Source of the DNA: Haliotis rufescens
Taxonomy: Eukaryota
DNA length: 64,000 nt
Reading direction: 5' to 3'
Assembly: GCF_023055435.1 (NCBI RefSeq)
Contig: NW_025963813.1
Location: 1,984,001 to 2,048,000 of the forward strand
The translations under genes and the position numbers were made by a program. Of this stretch, positions 25,190 through 38,877 are shown piece after piece. The stretch's first letter is position 1. Each line of letters opens with the position of its first letter. Under the pieces are notes generated by a model, which was given only the letters and a program-made list of their open reading frames with translations, was not told where the DNA came from and searched no databases.

Positions 25190-27441
25190 TCTGGACGCAG
25201 ACTGGACGTAGATTGGACGTAGACGTTATATATACTGGATACAGACTGAGTGTAGATTAGACGCAGACCGGATATAGATTAGACTTAGACTGGACGTAGA
25301 CTGGACGAAGACTTGACGTACTGGACGTAGACTGGACGTACTGGACGTAGACTGGACGTAGACTGGACGTAGACTGGATCTAGACTGGACGAACCCTGGA
25401 CGTAGATTTGACGTTGACTGGACGTAAACTTGACGTAGACTGGACGTAGACTGGATGTAGACTGGATGTAGACTGGACGAAGACTGGACGTAGATTGGAC
25501 GTAGATTGGATGTAGACTGGATGTAGACTGGACGTTGACTGGACGTAGACTGGATGTAGACTGGACGAAGACTTGACGTACTGGACGTAGACTGGACGAA
25601 GACTGGACGTAGACTGGACGTACTGGACGTAGACTGGACGTAGACTGGACGTAGACTGGATCTAGACTGGACGAACCCTGGAAGTAGATTTGACGTTGAC
25701 TGGACGTAAACTTGACGTAGACTGGACGTAGACTGGACATAGACTGGACGTAGACTTGACGTTGACTGGACGTAGACTGGACGAAGACTGGACGAAGACT
25801 GGATGTAGACTGGACGTAGACTGGACATAGATTGGACGTAGACTGCATGTAGACTTGACGTTGACTGGATGTAGACTGGACATAGATTGGACGTAGACTG
25901 GATGTAGACTGGACGTAGACTGGATGTAGACTGGACGAACCCTGGACGTAGACTGGACGTAGACTGGACGTAGACTGGACATAGATTGGACGTAGACTGG
26001 ATGTAGACTGGACGAACCCTGGACGTAGATTTGACGAAGACTGGACGAAGACTAGACGTAGACTGGACATAGATTGGACATAAACTGGACGAAGACTGGA
26101 CGAAGACTGGACGAAGACTGGATGTAGACTGGATGTAGACTGGACGAAGACTGGATGTAGACTGGACGTAGACTGGACGAAGACTGGACGTAGACTGGAC
26201 GTAGACTGGACGAAGACTGGACGTAGACTGGACGTAGACTGGATGTAGACTGGACGTAGACTGGATGTAGACTGGACGTAGACTGGACATAGATTGGATG
26301 TAGACTGGATGTAGACTGGACGTAGATTGGACGTAGACTGGACGTAGAGTGGACGAAGATTGGACGTAGACTGGACGTAGACTGGATGTAGACTGGACAA
26401 AGACTGGACGAAGAATGGATGTAGACTGGATGTAGACTGGACATGGATTGGACGTAGACTGGACGTAGACTGGGCGTAGACTGGATGTAGACTGGACGTA
26501 GACTGGACGAAGACTGGACATAGATTGGACGAAGACTGGATGTAGACTGGACGTACACTTGACGTAGACTGGACGTAGACTGAACATAGACTGGACGTAG
26601 ACTGGACGTTGACTGGACGTAGACTGGACGTAGACTGGACGAAGACTGGACGAAGACTGGACGTAGACTGGACGAAGACTGGATGTAGACTGGACGAAGA
26701 CTGGATGTAGACTGGACGTAGACTGTTCGTAGACTGGATGTAGACTGGACATAGATTGGACGTAGACTTGATGTAGACTGGACGAAGACTGGACGTAGAC
26801 TGGACGTAGACTGGACGTAGACTGGATGTAGACTGGACGAACCCTGGATGTAGACTGGACGAAGACTGGACGAAGACTGGACGTAGACTGGACATAGATT
26901 GGACATAGACTGGACGAAGACTGGACGAAGACTGGACGAAGACTGGATGTAGACTGGATGTAGACTGGACGAAGACTGGAGGTAGACTGGACGTAGACTG
27001 GACGTAGACTGGATGTAGACTGGACGTAGACTGGATGTAGACTGGACGTAGACTGGACATAGATTGGATGTAGACTGGATGTAGACTGGACGTAGATTGG
27101 ACGTAGACTGGACGAAGACTGGACGTAGACTGGACGTAGACTGGACGAAGATTGGACGTAGACTGGACGTAGACTGGATGTAGACTGGACGTAGACTGGA
27201 CGAAGACTGGACGAAGACTGGATGTAGACTGGATGTAGACTGGACATGGATTGGACGTAGACTGGACGTAGACTGGATGTAGACTGGACGTAGACTGGAC
27301 GTAGACTGGACGAAGACTGGACGAAGACTGGATGTAGACTGGATGTAGACTGGACATGGATTGGACGTAGACTGGACGTAGACTGGACGAGGACTGGACG
27401 TAGACTGGATGTAGACTGGACGTAGATTGGACGTAGACTGG
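25190..27441. repeat. 11-bp satellite (gactggacgta)n, ~200 copies, running into an assembly gap
   Basis: Read directly; the 11-aa periodic ORFs correspond to 3 x 11 nt. Confidence 0.98.
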
Positions 27442-28645
27442 NNNNNNNNNNNNNNNNNNNNNNNNNNNNNNNNNNNNNNNNNNNNNNNNNNNNNNNNNNN
27501 NNNNNNNNNNNNNNNNNNNNNNNNNNNNNNNNNNNNNNNNNNNNNNNNNNNNNNNNNNNNNNNNNNNNNNNNNNNNNNNNNNNNNNNNNNNAGACCGGAC
27601 TACAGTCGATTTTAGTGTGCTACCGAGTTACCATGTCTCAGTTAAACATGAATTCCGCTCCTCTATCCACTAGACCACGTATTTTTTATATTGTGATTTC
27701 TATGTGGAAATGCTTGATTATGTAGTGGAAATATAGGACTAAGGATACATTGAAATGAAGTTCTTTCATGGACGGGGAGTAGAGTGTCGATGCCTTGACT
27801 TACGATGATTTCGCTATCACCCATCTAAACTGGACTAGGCTCAGACCAATTGGCAGTTCTGGTCAGTTTGATTTATACCATTCAAAACCCATATTTACTG
27901 CAAACTCCAGCTGGATATTTTATATTAATGTTGCCGGAATAGCTCCCATGAAAACCCTAAGAGAAATCAGTAACGTTACTACAACATCTCGACATTGACC
28001 AGAACTATCCCCTGAACTGCGTAGCATTGTCTCCCTTTGATAATGACGTCACGTTAAACTCTTTAAAGGCAGTAACACTGTGCCAATATGTTTGTTTTGT
28101 TTGTTTGTTTGTTGTTTACGCCGCACTTAGCAACATTTCAGCTATATGACGGCGGTCTGAAATAATCGAGTCTGGACCAGACAATCCAGTGATTGATATC
28201 ATGAGCATCGATCCGGACAATTGGGATACGATGACATGCATGAACCAAGTCAGCGTCCCTGACCACCCAAACCCCTTTAGTCGTCTCTGGGTTGCTGAAA
28301 ACCAATTCTAACCCGGATATTCACGTGTTTAGGCCACACTGCGCATTATTACAGTTATATCAGAGCACACAAACTGAGACGACAACAATCACCAAGTGTT
28401 CTCTCCACAACATTCTGGTTCAATACCTTTACGGTTCCTCGTATAAATGTATTTTCATACCTAACACAAATCAGGCTTTGCGTTTCTTTTTTTGAAGAGT
28501 ATATCTTTTTAAATATTATTATTATTATTAACAATGAAAATAGTACATCAAGGTAATATTAAATGGCAGGTGCCTCTTATGAATGGAAAACAATACTACT
28601 TTGTCACTTCAGATTTATTATCGAACAAGATTCGTTTGTGTACAC

Positions 28646-28932
28646 TTATGTACACTTATGAATCGCGCATTGTTCCCATCCCTGCTCATAGGCTAGGTAG
28701 CACCACAGATAACCGGATGGCAGAATGTTGCCTCCAGAAGGGTCACGGCAGTAGTTGGCGGCGCCAGCGTAGCCGAGGTTTTGTGCACCGTTGGTGATGT
28801 CGAAGTAGTTGCGGAAGTAGGCGTGATTGTTCGGGGACGTGCTTGACCAGGACTGACATGTTTTTCCGCTTGCGGTTACAGATTTTGTACCACTGTAGAC
28901 TGCTGTTCTCCCTTGCTTGGTGTAACAGTCAG
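28646..28932 (-). CDS. Single-kringle secreted protein, copy 1, exon 2 (kringle domain + stop); absent from the ORF track
   Basis: Acceptor ttttcttcacag, phase 1. Encodes (T)DCYTKQGRTAVYSGTKSVTASGKTCQSWSSTSPNNHAYFRNYFDITNGAQNLGYAGAANYCRDPSGGNILPSGYLWCYLAYEQGWEQCAIHKCT*. Six Cys and the kringle motifs SGxxCQxW, NYCRxP, WCY and WxxC. AATAAA at 28614-28619. Confidence 0.92.
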
Positions 28933-29819
28933 CTGTGAAGAAAATGTCAGTATTAGAAACAGTCCTTTATACAGATATGATTCATACTTTCTTGATGCGG
29001 TGTGTCATTGATTGAAGGGGGCATTGAATTGTTTTTTCTGTTATATCAGGCTTGTCATGTTGGCTGATGGAACAATTAACAGCCTTAGGCGTTTTCAACT
29101 TTGGTAAAACCCATTGTACATATACATTGCTGGCAAACGACGATCATGGGATCCTGGCGCGCCTAAGGGACGCAACTCTGCACATCGAAAACATTGTAGT
29201 TGGCAAGGAAGTAGGACAAGTTTTAATATACTTAGTCTTGTTTGCAAAATGTTCAGAGGAAAAGTGGGTTTCTGGGTGCTTTCCCTAAATCCTTAAATCG
29301 AGCGACTTGGCAGTAATGTGATATCTTTCATACAGCAATGTGGCGAGTGAGTAAATGATTATGGTTTTACGCCGGTGTTAGCAATATTTCAGTCGTATCT
29401 AAGCAGGACACAGCAGACATGTCACCAGAGATGGGTGATATCTTTCACGAAAAGATAAGACTGTCTCACAACAAAGTATGACAAGAAAGAAAAAATATTC
29501 AGTTCAGTTTATTGTTTTTTCAAGGCCATATGACCATATATACATGTTTATCATTCAGTTATACTACATTGCACATTTCCGTTCTAATGTTAAATACAAC
29601 ATACATATATTTTGACATATGAAATATATTCTGAAGTATTTTACAATTGATTATCGGCATCATATCGTGGGCTCGGTTGTTTGTTTAAACTGTTCAATGA
29701 GTACGTGCATGCGTATACAGAGGCCATACAATACAAACGTGATTTTCATCTTCAACATATTTACAGTGCGAGCAGAGAGAGTCTTCATCACCTACAGTAC
29801 ATTCACCTTTAATACGTTT

Positions 29820-30480
29820 TGAACACCAAAGGTGTTATATCCACTTCAAAATTTTAACCAGTCTTTCTGTACTTTAGTACATTTATATGTTGGACATACG
29901 ATTCAAACTTAAGTTCTGATTTTATGGTTGAATCAAAAATAAGTCATCTTTTATCTCTGAGACGTGAATGCCAGTTTTGTTCAGCACAATCAAGGATTCG
30001 TTGTTTCAGAACAAAGGTAAACGTTTCCTCAGTACCAACTCCCTTGGGTATCCAAACATGCCCGAAGCCATAACTTAACAGCAACTTTCTGATATGAGAT
30101 GCCCAATTCAAATATTTCCTTTCACAGGTATCATATATCATTCGAAAACACTTGTGCGGATGTCAATATGTGGGCAAGGATGAAACACGTAACCAATATT
30201 TGATACAAATGACATAACAATTTGTATAGAGTGGATATCTGCCACACTCACCATATGCAACAGCACTTGGCAAGGAATAACTTGTATTTAAAACATTTAC
30301 AATTTTCTATGTACAATTTCTATATTTTCCTCTTTGGGTGTATCCCTACAGCTCATTACCATTCAACAATATCGGGGCTATTTTTGTGTCAAACAGTTGA
30401 AAGGCTTAATTAACAGATATATAGTATTTACGCACAAACGTTTTGACGGTATATTGTGCTTCACTTGCCTGCTCTGCGAG
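29820..30480 (-). mobile_element. Decayed LINE ORF2 C-terminal fragment (L2/CR1-like) in the intron of kringle copy 1
   Basis: NWASHIRKLLLSYGFGHVW...LKQRILDCAEQNW is typical of the post-RT region. Confidence 0.7.
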
Positions 30481-30937
30481 GGTATAACAAGCTGTAGTCC
30501 AAATCAGCTTTGGAGTTATCATTCGACCAAGATATAGACTAAGATTCGACCAGGAGCTAACAGTCTCAAGTGGTACATTATAATATTCGATCTTTCGTAT
30601 CTAGAGAGTATAATGACTCCGAGCTGACCAGTCCTTGTTTCAGCCTCTAAATGTCGAGCGCCAGACAGGGTAACAACAAGTACTATCTTTTAACGCCTTT
30701 TGGTATGTCACGGCCGGGGATCGAACCCAGGACCTTCCGCTCTCCGGACTACTATTGATCTAATTACCAGCCACTCAAATAGAGGTAAATGTATTGTTTG
30801 GAAAAAGATGTAATGAACTTTCTCACGATTATCGCTTCTCTCTCTCATTTGTAATTTACGGAAAGCTTTGAAACAATTGTACACACATATTCTATACAGA
30901 CTATATATTAGTCCACAGACTTAAGAGAATCACTCAC

Positions 30938-30998
30938 TATTGCATGCTGCCAGTGTTGAAAGAACTGCTACGATGGCGAGGAGCAGGAGACGAGCCAT
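30938..30998 (-). CDS. Single-kringle protein, copy 1, exon 1 (signal peptide MARLLLLAIVAVLSTLAACN)
   Basis: caacATGG start context, 61 nt, donor gtgagt in phase 1 matching exon 2. Spliced product is 115 aa. Confidence 0.9.
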
Positions 30999-31200
30999 GT
31001 TGCTTGCTGTACAGTTGAGACCGACTGGTCCTTACAACGGCGTAGGTACGACACACGTCGTGACATACACGGACAACTGATGACGTGGGTGATGATATTG
31101 CAATTTTAAATGAAATTCCCATTAGCCTCTCTGCCATGCGTGACAGATGTGAGGCGAACGTTATTGTCAAATTATCATGAAAGAGTCTTTGTCTGATGTA
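30999..31200 (-). promoter_or_regulatory. Conserved 5'UTR and proximal promoter of kringle copy 1
   Basis: Block shared with the other three copies. Inr-like TCAGTT near 31075-31080, TTTAAAA about 30 nt upstream of it, kappaB-like GGGAATTTCA at 31111-31120. Confidence 0.55.
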
Positions 31201-32505
31201 GGTTATTGAGTGAACATACTCCAAGTGTATTGTAGTATGAAGAAGTCAACGTCTTTTGGTATAACGTGGCCGGGCATCGAACCCACGACTTTCCGCTCTC
31301 CGGGCAGACGCTCTGTCCACTAGACCACGTATTGTGTTTTTGTGTGTGGAAATGCTTGATGTGGTGGAAATATAGGACTAAAGATACATTGAAATAAATA
31401 TATTTCATGGACGGGGAGATTGACTAACGATGATTTCGTTATCACGCATCTAAACTGGACTAGGCTCAGACCAATTGGCAGTTCTGGTCAGTTTGATTTA
31501 TACCATTCAAAACCCACTTTTACTGCAAACTCTATCTGGATGTTTTATATTAATGTAGCCGGAATTGCCTCCATGAAGACCCTAAGCAAAATCAGTTACG
31601 AGTCAGTAACTACAACATCTCGACATTGACCAGAACTATCCCCTGAACCGCGTAGCATTGTCTCCCTTTGATAATGACGTCACGTTAAACTCTTTAAAGG
31701 GAGTATCACTGTGCCAATATGTTTGTTTTGTTTGTTGTTTACGCCGCACTGACTTAGTTGATGCATATCATCGTATCCCAATTGCGTGGATAGATGCTCA
31801 TGATATCAATCACAGAACTGTCTCTTTCATATGAAAGAATGAAAGTTTAAGAGTCATCGTCATATCCCTAATATTAAAAAGGTTTTGGGAGCCCCTGCAT
31901 TCAAAATAACATAGAAGAAAACCTCAAGGGCCCCCAAATTCCCAACACTATTGTTGTTAATTCAAGATACCCGGTATGATCCTGGTTAGAACAGGTCTTC
32001 AGCAACCAATGTTTGCCGTAACAGGCGACTATGCTTGTCGTAAGGAATCAGCCGTGGTCAGGCTCACTGACTTGGTTGATGCATATCAACGTATCCCAAT
32101 TGCGTGGATAGATGCTCATGATATCAATCACAGAACTGTCTGGACCAGATTCGATTATTCACAGACCGCAGTCACATGTCTGGGATATTGCTGATTTCGA
32201 CGCTAAACAAATAAACATAGTATTACATACCTATAATGTGTTTCNNNNNNNNNNNNNNNNNNNNNNNNNNNNNNNNNNNNNNNNNNNNNNNNNNNNNNNN
32301 NNNNNNNNNNNNNNNNNNNNNNNNNNNNNNNNNNNNNNNNNNNNNNNNNNNNNNNNNNNNNNNNNNNNNNNNNNNNNNNNNNNNNCAGTTAGTGACAACT
32401 GATCTGTGATGGCTGTTCAAAGCTGCTGCAGCTTCATTAGAGCTCGTATTGGAAGGTGTAGATGAAGATGACGTTCCACTGTCAACTCCTGTTTTCACAC
32501 TGTCG

Positions 32506-32664
32506 GGTCGGGTAGCCTTGTGGTTAAAGCGTTCGCTCGTCACGCCGAAGACCCGGGTTCGATTTCCGACATGGGTACAATGTGTGAAGCCCATTTCTGG
32601 TCTTCCCCGTCGTGATATTGCTGGCATATTGCTAAAAGAGGCGTAAAATCATACTCACTCACTC
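32506..32664 (+). mobile_element. SINE family A inserted in a duplicated segment
   Basis: TSD tcacactgtcg; the paralogous empty site is visible at about 24129-24140. Confidence 0.9.
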
Positions 32665-33717
32665 ACACTGTCGCGTGTTGTCCATGTGTCCGAACTATCC
32701 GGTGAGGATGTGCAGCCGTTGACCAATCAACGAGGACGACGTCGTTAGGGCTCCACAGTAAATCAGCACCTGCGACAGCGCTGTGTAGTCCAGTGTGTCG
32801 GCGTCACATTTGGGCAGCGCTTCAATGGCAGTAAACGTGTCGATTATCAAATATACATTTGTTGAAGATATCACTTGAATAGACTTAATCTTGCTTATCT
32901 TAAATGTGCAGATGGATTTGATTTCAATTAGTGAAATTGACAAACTTTGCTGATGGCAGTTCAAACATTATTTGCCATTTCGGCGTCTTTGTACTGCATG
33001 GAGTCAATGGCATACAGACACGCATGTTTCTGTACTTCAAGAATAAGTTACTCTTCATTTATTTGTGATTTTGGCATCGTTATTTCTACAATGAAGACTG
33101 TATTTGTCAAACCATGTGTTTTCTTTTCCCGGAAATGACATATCAATGAAAAGGGGATTCCCCAAAGCGTCGTGGCAGCAAGCAGCAAACATCGCTTTTT
33201 TCACGATTAAAAATAATCCCTGCCGTCGCGCTGCTGCTACCCAGCAGGTTGATTATCTTAAAAAACAACTAGTCGCGATTTTTTTCTGTGCACGCGCTGC
33301 GCTGCACCACTGACGCGCTGGTGTCGCGTGGGGAGGGCTTAAGGATTGTTTAAACAGATGTATATCCAGACTTTCCCGCTATCAAAGATGACAGACTCCA
33401 TCAGCTTGTGTTAAACCTAGAGACCGAAAGCATCAACTCTGACGCTGGGGACTAGTTATTTAGTATTCTTCATATAAGGGGTGGGGCGGGCTTGGTGGGT
33501 GTTAGGGAGGGACCGATGAGCTTAGGGGTTTGTTTTTTTTTTGTTGTTTTTTTTTTGGGGGGGGGGGTGTCGCTTCACATACTTTAAGGAGGGGGTGGAG
33601 GGCTTGAAAAATGACAGTTTTGCTTCTTCAAATACATTTTTTTTAGGGCTTGTCATTTATTATAGGGAGGGGGGGGGGGGGGGGGGGGGGGGGGGTGGGG
33701 GCCTCTTGACCTTAAAA

Positions 33718-35018
33718 CGAGTGCTTGTGAAAGGTTCTAAGCCTTACAAACAAAGCGAAGAATTGTAAAAGTATTTTTAATTTTATTTTTCAACATAATC
33801 TACCTGCTTTTCAATACACTTCCCATATCGATATTGAAGCTTTTCAATTCCAGTCAGGTACAAACTTTTCTGGAGCCACCCTGAAAAACCAATTCACGGC
33901 AGCTTTGAGGTCATCATTGTCACCATAGCGCTTCCACGAAGGCGTTCTTTCAGTCTAGGAAACATGTGGAAATCACTGGGAGCCAGGTCTGGCGAGTATG
34001 GAGGGTGAGGAAGCTCTTTGAACCCTCATTGTCGCACAGCAGCCTTTGCAAGTCGAGAGGTGTGAGAAAAGTCATTGTCATGAAGTAGTTGAACCCCAGC
34101 AATAAGCATTCCTCGCCGCTTTTCTTTGATACAATCTCTCAGGCGATGAAGCAAATCAGCATAGTAGGCACCAGTAATCGTCTTTTGACTTTCTAAGTAA
34201 TCAACAAGGATCACACCCTTTGCATATCCCGGAATGCAGTGGCCACAACTTTCTTCACTGATCTTGAAGACTTGAATTTCTTTGCGGCCGGTGAAGTGGA
34301 ATGGTGCAATTCCATGGATTGACGTTTTGACTCGGGATCATTGTGGCAGACCCATGTTTCATCACCCGTAACTGATCTTTTTATGAATTGGACCAAACCC
34401 TCCTCAATTAGCTCTAAATTGTCTCTGGTAATGTCAGTTCTTTTTTCCTTAAGATCAGAATTTAGAAACTTTGGCACCCAACGAGCAGATATCTTATTTA
34501 TCTGTAAATGTTTACAAATAATAGTTTCAATGAATCCATGGCTTAGACATGTGTCTTCCTCAAGTTCAGCAATGGTAATACGTCCATCTGACAGAAGAAG
34601 GTTTTTTTTCTATCTCCATGATTTAATCTTCATTCATGGAAGCTGAGGGACGTCCAGACCAAGGGTCATCATCAAGGCTTGTTCTCCCAGACTTAAACAT
34701 AGCTCCTCAAGGTTTAACAGTGGAATAGCAAGGGCACTTGTCCCCATACATTTGTGACATGCCGTCGTGAAGTTTTGGGGGAGTACTTTTCTCTGAAGTC
34801 AAAAACTTGATGACTGCTCGGTACTCGTTCTTTTCCATTTCTGTGTCCATTTGGACCCCTGTCACGTTCAACTGGCTGTCACTAATATACAAACGGCCTC
34901 AAAAGACCGAATACAATTGCAATGAACAACTAAAATAATGTACTTTATTGACAAGTTCACTTTGTTATGACCCATAGTTAAATGTTAGTCAGGCTTAGAA
35001 CTTTTTGACCAGCCCTCG
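33718..35018 (-). mobile_element. Full-length (~1.3 kb) mariner DD34D transposon with a frameshifted transposase pseudogene
   Basis: TIR (ta)cgagggctggtcaaaaagttctaagcc at the right end and a degenerate copy at 33718. Fragments MEKNEYRAVIKFL, VTGDETWV, LLHDN and PYSPDLAPSDFH lie in several broken frames. Confidence 0.93.
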
Positions 35019-35490
35019 TATCAGCCGTGTCCCCGAGAAGACAACAAACTCACCGGGGAAAACTGTCGGCTTAATGTGAGGAAAGCCCAAAGTGACGAAT
35101 GGGTATCCATTCAAGTGGTAATGTCTACGAACGAGTGAATGATACTAACATACTAAGGGCCATCATCCAGGCGAGTATAGCATCATTCTACCTCACAGCA
35201 TTCTGGACACCGTACCTTGACATGTTTTGCTCGTGTTAAATGATCGAAGGTGTGATTGCAGGGGTTTCAACCTACTTAATATCTGCATATAAGTTGAGGT
35301 AAGGTGAATTGGGGTTTGACGNNNNNNNNNNNNNNNNNNNNNNNNNNNNNNNNNNNNNNNNNNNNNNNNNNNNNNNNNNNNNNNNNNNNNNNNNNNNNNN
35401 NNNNNNNNNNNNNNNNNNNNNNNNNNNNNNNNNNNNNNNNNNNNNNNNNNNNNNNNNNNNNNNNNNNNNNNNNNNNNNNNNNNNNNNNNN

Positions 35491-35720
35491 CTAATGCCGA
35501 TTTCATAGTGCCAGCCCACTTCTAGACAGCATGCCGCAGTTTAACATGAATACCCCACTCAGACACAGTATACTGATTCCAAGCCAACCAGTCCTCGTTT
35601 TAGCCCCTTAATGCCTAGCGCCAGGCAGGGTAACAACAAGTACCACCTTCTAACGTCTTTTGGTATAACGCGGCCGGGCATCGAACCTACGACCTTCCGC
35701 TCTCCGGGCAGACGCTCTAT
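35491..35720 (-). mobile_element. SINE family C, partial, abutting a gap
   Basis: Matches the family C body. Confidence 0.8.
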
Positions 35721-36699
35721 TCATGTTTGGGTTTATGTGTGGAAATGTATGACTAAAGACACATTGAAATGAAGTTCTCTCATGGACTAGTATCACTGTG
35801 CCAATATGTTGATTATTTGTTTGTTGATGTTGTTTACGCCGCACTCGGCAGTATTCAAGCTATATGACGGCGGTCTGTGAACAATCGAGTGATTGACATC
35901 ATGAGTATCGATCCACGCAATTGGGATACGATGACATGCATCAACCAGGTCAGCGAGCCTGACCATTCGATCCCTTTCGTCGCCTCTTACGACAAGGATG
36001 GGTTGCTGAAAACCAATTCTAACACGGATCTTCACGGGTTTAGGCCATACTGCGCAATATGACAGTTACGTCAGAGCACAAATTGAATGACAGAGTGACA
36101 TTTCTCCCAATTTAGGACTATAAAAGAATATTTTATTCCAGAAAAATACCAGAATAATATTTTCCGCTTTAGGATGTCCCAAAAATAATTACATTGATCG
36201 CTTGACATTGCAGACGTCCTGAAAAGAATGTGTGAAATTCGTTTGTTCAACTCCTTCAATAATATGCCAAATGATGTGGAGTTAAGTAACGTCTGTCGCG
36301 GAGAGGAGTTGGATGGGGACCGCGTTTGGCAGCTTGACTCCTATGAGTTTCTTGGTCGACGGTCCTGCCCGAATCTGAAGCACATGCAGAACATGTAGCT
36401 CATGTATTGTCTCCCAAGGCAATGACTTTGTTCGAATTGCGCCTCTGTTCACCCAGCAGTAGAACTGTGTACCCGGAAGATGGCATTGGGATTGTTAACC
36501 TTCCAGCACATCGCAGCCAGCTTGGGTTGTATTCTCCCCAGGGAGCTGAGAATGAAAGTCGAGTACAGACTGATCCACTGACCAGGGTAATGACGCAGCG
36601 CTTTGATCAGACTTTATGGTGTGGATCTGGCGCATTATGAATACGCACATTATTAATGTTGTTGTTGTTGTTGTTGTTGCAAAGAATTTCCTGGCACAG

Positions 36700-37770
36700 T
36701 CATCATCATCATCAGCTAAGGGTCCTGTACCCCTCTCCACGCACCCCAGACAGCGAATTGGATTTCTCCCAGGAAGAGTTGCCTCGTCAAACCCACCAAG
36801 AACCCTTCGGAGAATATGGAGACTCCCCAACACTGCAGACTTCTGCATTGCCCAGGGGCCATGGGTGGCCCAGTCGTCTAAGGCGCCGCGATTCGCTGTG
36901 CAGAGTTGCGTCCCTTGGGCACGCCAGAAACCTATGGTTGTGGGTTCGAATCCCGGTCAGCCCCGATTATGTTTCTAGGTTTGTCAGCACCATACCTGTG
37001 CCCGTGGTAAGTGGTAAACGTCTGAGACCTGCATCACTTCGGGCTTTCCTCCCATATTAAGTTGACACACCGCGATATAACTGTAATACTGTTCAAAGCG
37101 GCGTTAACCCCAACTCACTCACTCAATCTGCATTACCCAGATTGTCAGAAGGGTTGTGTTCCCGTCAGGAAACCCGGGCACTCTCCCAATGTCAGTCAAC
37201 AGATTGGGGGGTACCAAACCCGAGGCACCGAGAACAATGGGGAGTCGGACAACTTGGTACTTGGGATGAAGCGTGACATTTAGAAAGCGAAGTCCGCATC
37301 TTTGCCATGTCTTTCCTGAATCTTGTCAATCACATTAGTGTCAAAAGGGACAGAAAATTCAATGCTACAAATGATTTCATTGGATTTATCGAAAAGGACA
37401 GGATCAGTTTTGTTGGCCTGGATAGGTCATTTTCCATGACGCCCTGCACATATTCCGGGTCGTACCATGGATAGACCTCTGTGTCCAAACCACAAGCCCA
37501 AACTGGGCATACTCTGACATTGCGTTCGACAGTCTCATTAAAATTCATTGCATAATGTACATATCATATCTAAATTTTGATGCAAAATCACACATTGACG
37601 ATTTCGAGTGGGAAGCGACTGGTCCTGAGCAGCAGACAGAAAGCCTTCTGTTTCACTTTTCAGGACAGCCGACTTATTCCAAGCGAGGGTCTCTGCGGTG
37701 ATGCTTTACTTCTCAACACACTGCACATAAACTCGATGCAGTGGTCGTTCACATAGCCTCTCTGTGACCA
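36700..37770 (-). mobile_element. 3' fragment of an REL-endonuclease non-LTR retrotransposon (R4/Dong-like), interrupted by a SINE
   Basis: Motifs KSETEGFLSAAQDQSLPTRN, PWY...V.EN, LPIVLGASG and MQKSAVLGSLHILRRVL; (GAT)n tail. Confidence 0.75.
36855..37125 (+). mobile_element. SINE family B nested in the LINE fragment
   Basis: TSD tctgcatt(g/a)cccag on both sides. Confidence 0.9.
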
Positions 37771-37789
37771 AGAAAATAGTGTCAAAAGG

Positions 37790-38030
37790 TTGGTTTGTTT
37801 GTTTGTTGTTTAACGCCGCACTCAGCAATATTCCAGCTATATGACGGCGGTCTGTAAATAATCGAGTCTGGAGCAGACATTCCAGTGATTGATATCATGA
37901 GCATCGATCCACGCAACTAGGATCGATGACATGCATCAACCAAGTCAGCGAGCCTGACCACCCGATCCCGTTAGTCGCCTTTTACGACAAGCACAGTCGC
38001 CTTTTACGGCAAGCACAGTCGCCTTTTAGC
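37790..38030 (-). mobile_element. Retroposon family D copy
   Basis: Family body and (AAAC)n tail, flanked by a gtcaaaagg direct repeat. Confidence 0.85.
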
Positions 38031-38192
38031 GTCAAAAGGGACAGATTGTTATTACTATTATTATTCTGTTGTAATTGACCAAGAAAATAGTACATCAAGG
38101 TAATATTACGTGGTCAGTGCCTCTTAGGGATGGAAAACAAGACTATTTTGTCAATTTAGATTTATAATCAAACAATATTCACTTATGGATAC

Positions 38193-38479
38193 TTATGTAC
38201 ACTTATGAATCGCGCATTGTTCCCATCCCTGCTCATAGGCTAGGTAGCACCACAGATAACCGGATGGCAGAATGCTGCCTCCAGAAGGGTCACGGCAGTA
38301 GTTAGCGGCGCCAGCGTAGCCGAGGTTTGGTGCACCGTTGGTGATGTCGAAGTAGTCGCGGAAGAAGGCGTGATTGTTCGGGGTCATGACGGACCAGGAC
38401 TGACATGTTTTTCCGCTACCGGTTACAGATGTTGTACCACTGTAGACTGCTGTTCCCCCTTGCTTGGTGTAACAGTCAG
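38193..38479 (-). CDS. Single-kringle secreted protein, copy 2, exon 2
   Basis: Acceptor ttttcttcacag, phase 1. DCYTKQGGTAVYSGTTSVTGSGKTCQSW...NYCRDPSGG...LWCY...GWEQCAIHKCT*. Confidence 0.92.
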
Positions 38480-38764
38480 CTGTGAAGAAAATAGCAATAT
38501 CAACAATAAACACATATACACAAATAATGCTCATGCTTTTTTGACGCGGTTGTCTCATCGAACGAAAGAGGGCGATTGAATTCGGTTCAACGGTTGAACA
38601 ACTTATAATTAGCTATATCACTTTGCACTTTGTCAGAAGCAATATAAAACCCACGATTAATTTGCATATCTTAATTTCTTTACTCGTTTGTCTAATCGCA
38701 CGAAAGAGAGTGGTACAGTTTGGTGTAACGTTTGAAATTTGTGTCAGGAACAACACTTGATTTT

Positions 38765-38877
38765 CTGCTGTTCTCCCTTGCTTGGTGTTACAGTCAACTT
38801 TAAAGAAATTGTCAGTATCAGAAATATGATATATACAGATTCATACTTTCTTGATGCGGTGTGTCATTCATTGAAGG
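38765..38877 (-). pseudogene. Truncated relic of a copy-1-type kringle exon start and acceptor region, inside the copy-2 intron
   Basis: Encodes DCNTKQGRTA and then breaks off. The flanking intron matches 28933-29017. The acceptor is altered from cacag to taaag. Confidence 0.8.

Noticed and set aside
25226-27357. 673- and 690-aa ORFs (SLRPVYVQSTS repeats) as a repetitive structural protein
   Set aside because: They are translations of an 11-bp satellite whose minus strand lacks stops in all frames. There is no signal peptide or unique domain, and the same peptide appears in every frame.
38480-38558. Hydrophobic ORF starts (IICVYVFIVDIAIFF etc.) as signal peptides of intronless kringle genes
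   Set aside because: These are polypyrimidine intron read-through, not open in copy 1. Dedicated conserved signal exons with matching phase exist for all four copies.
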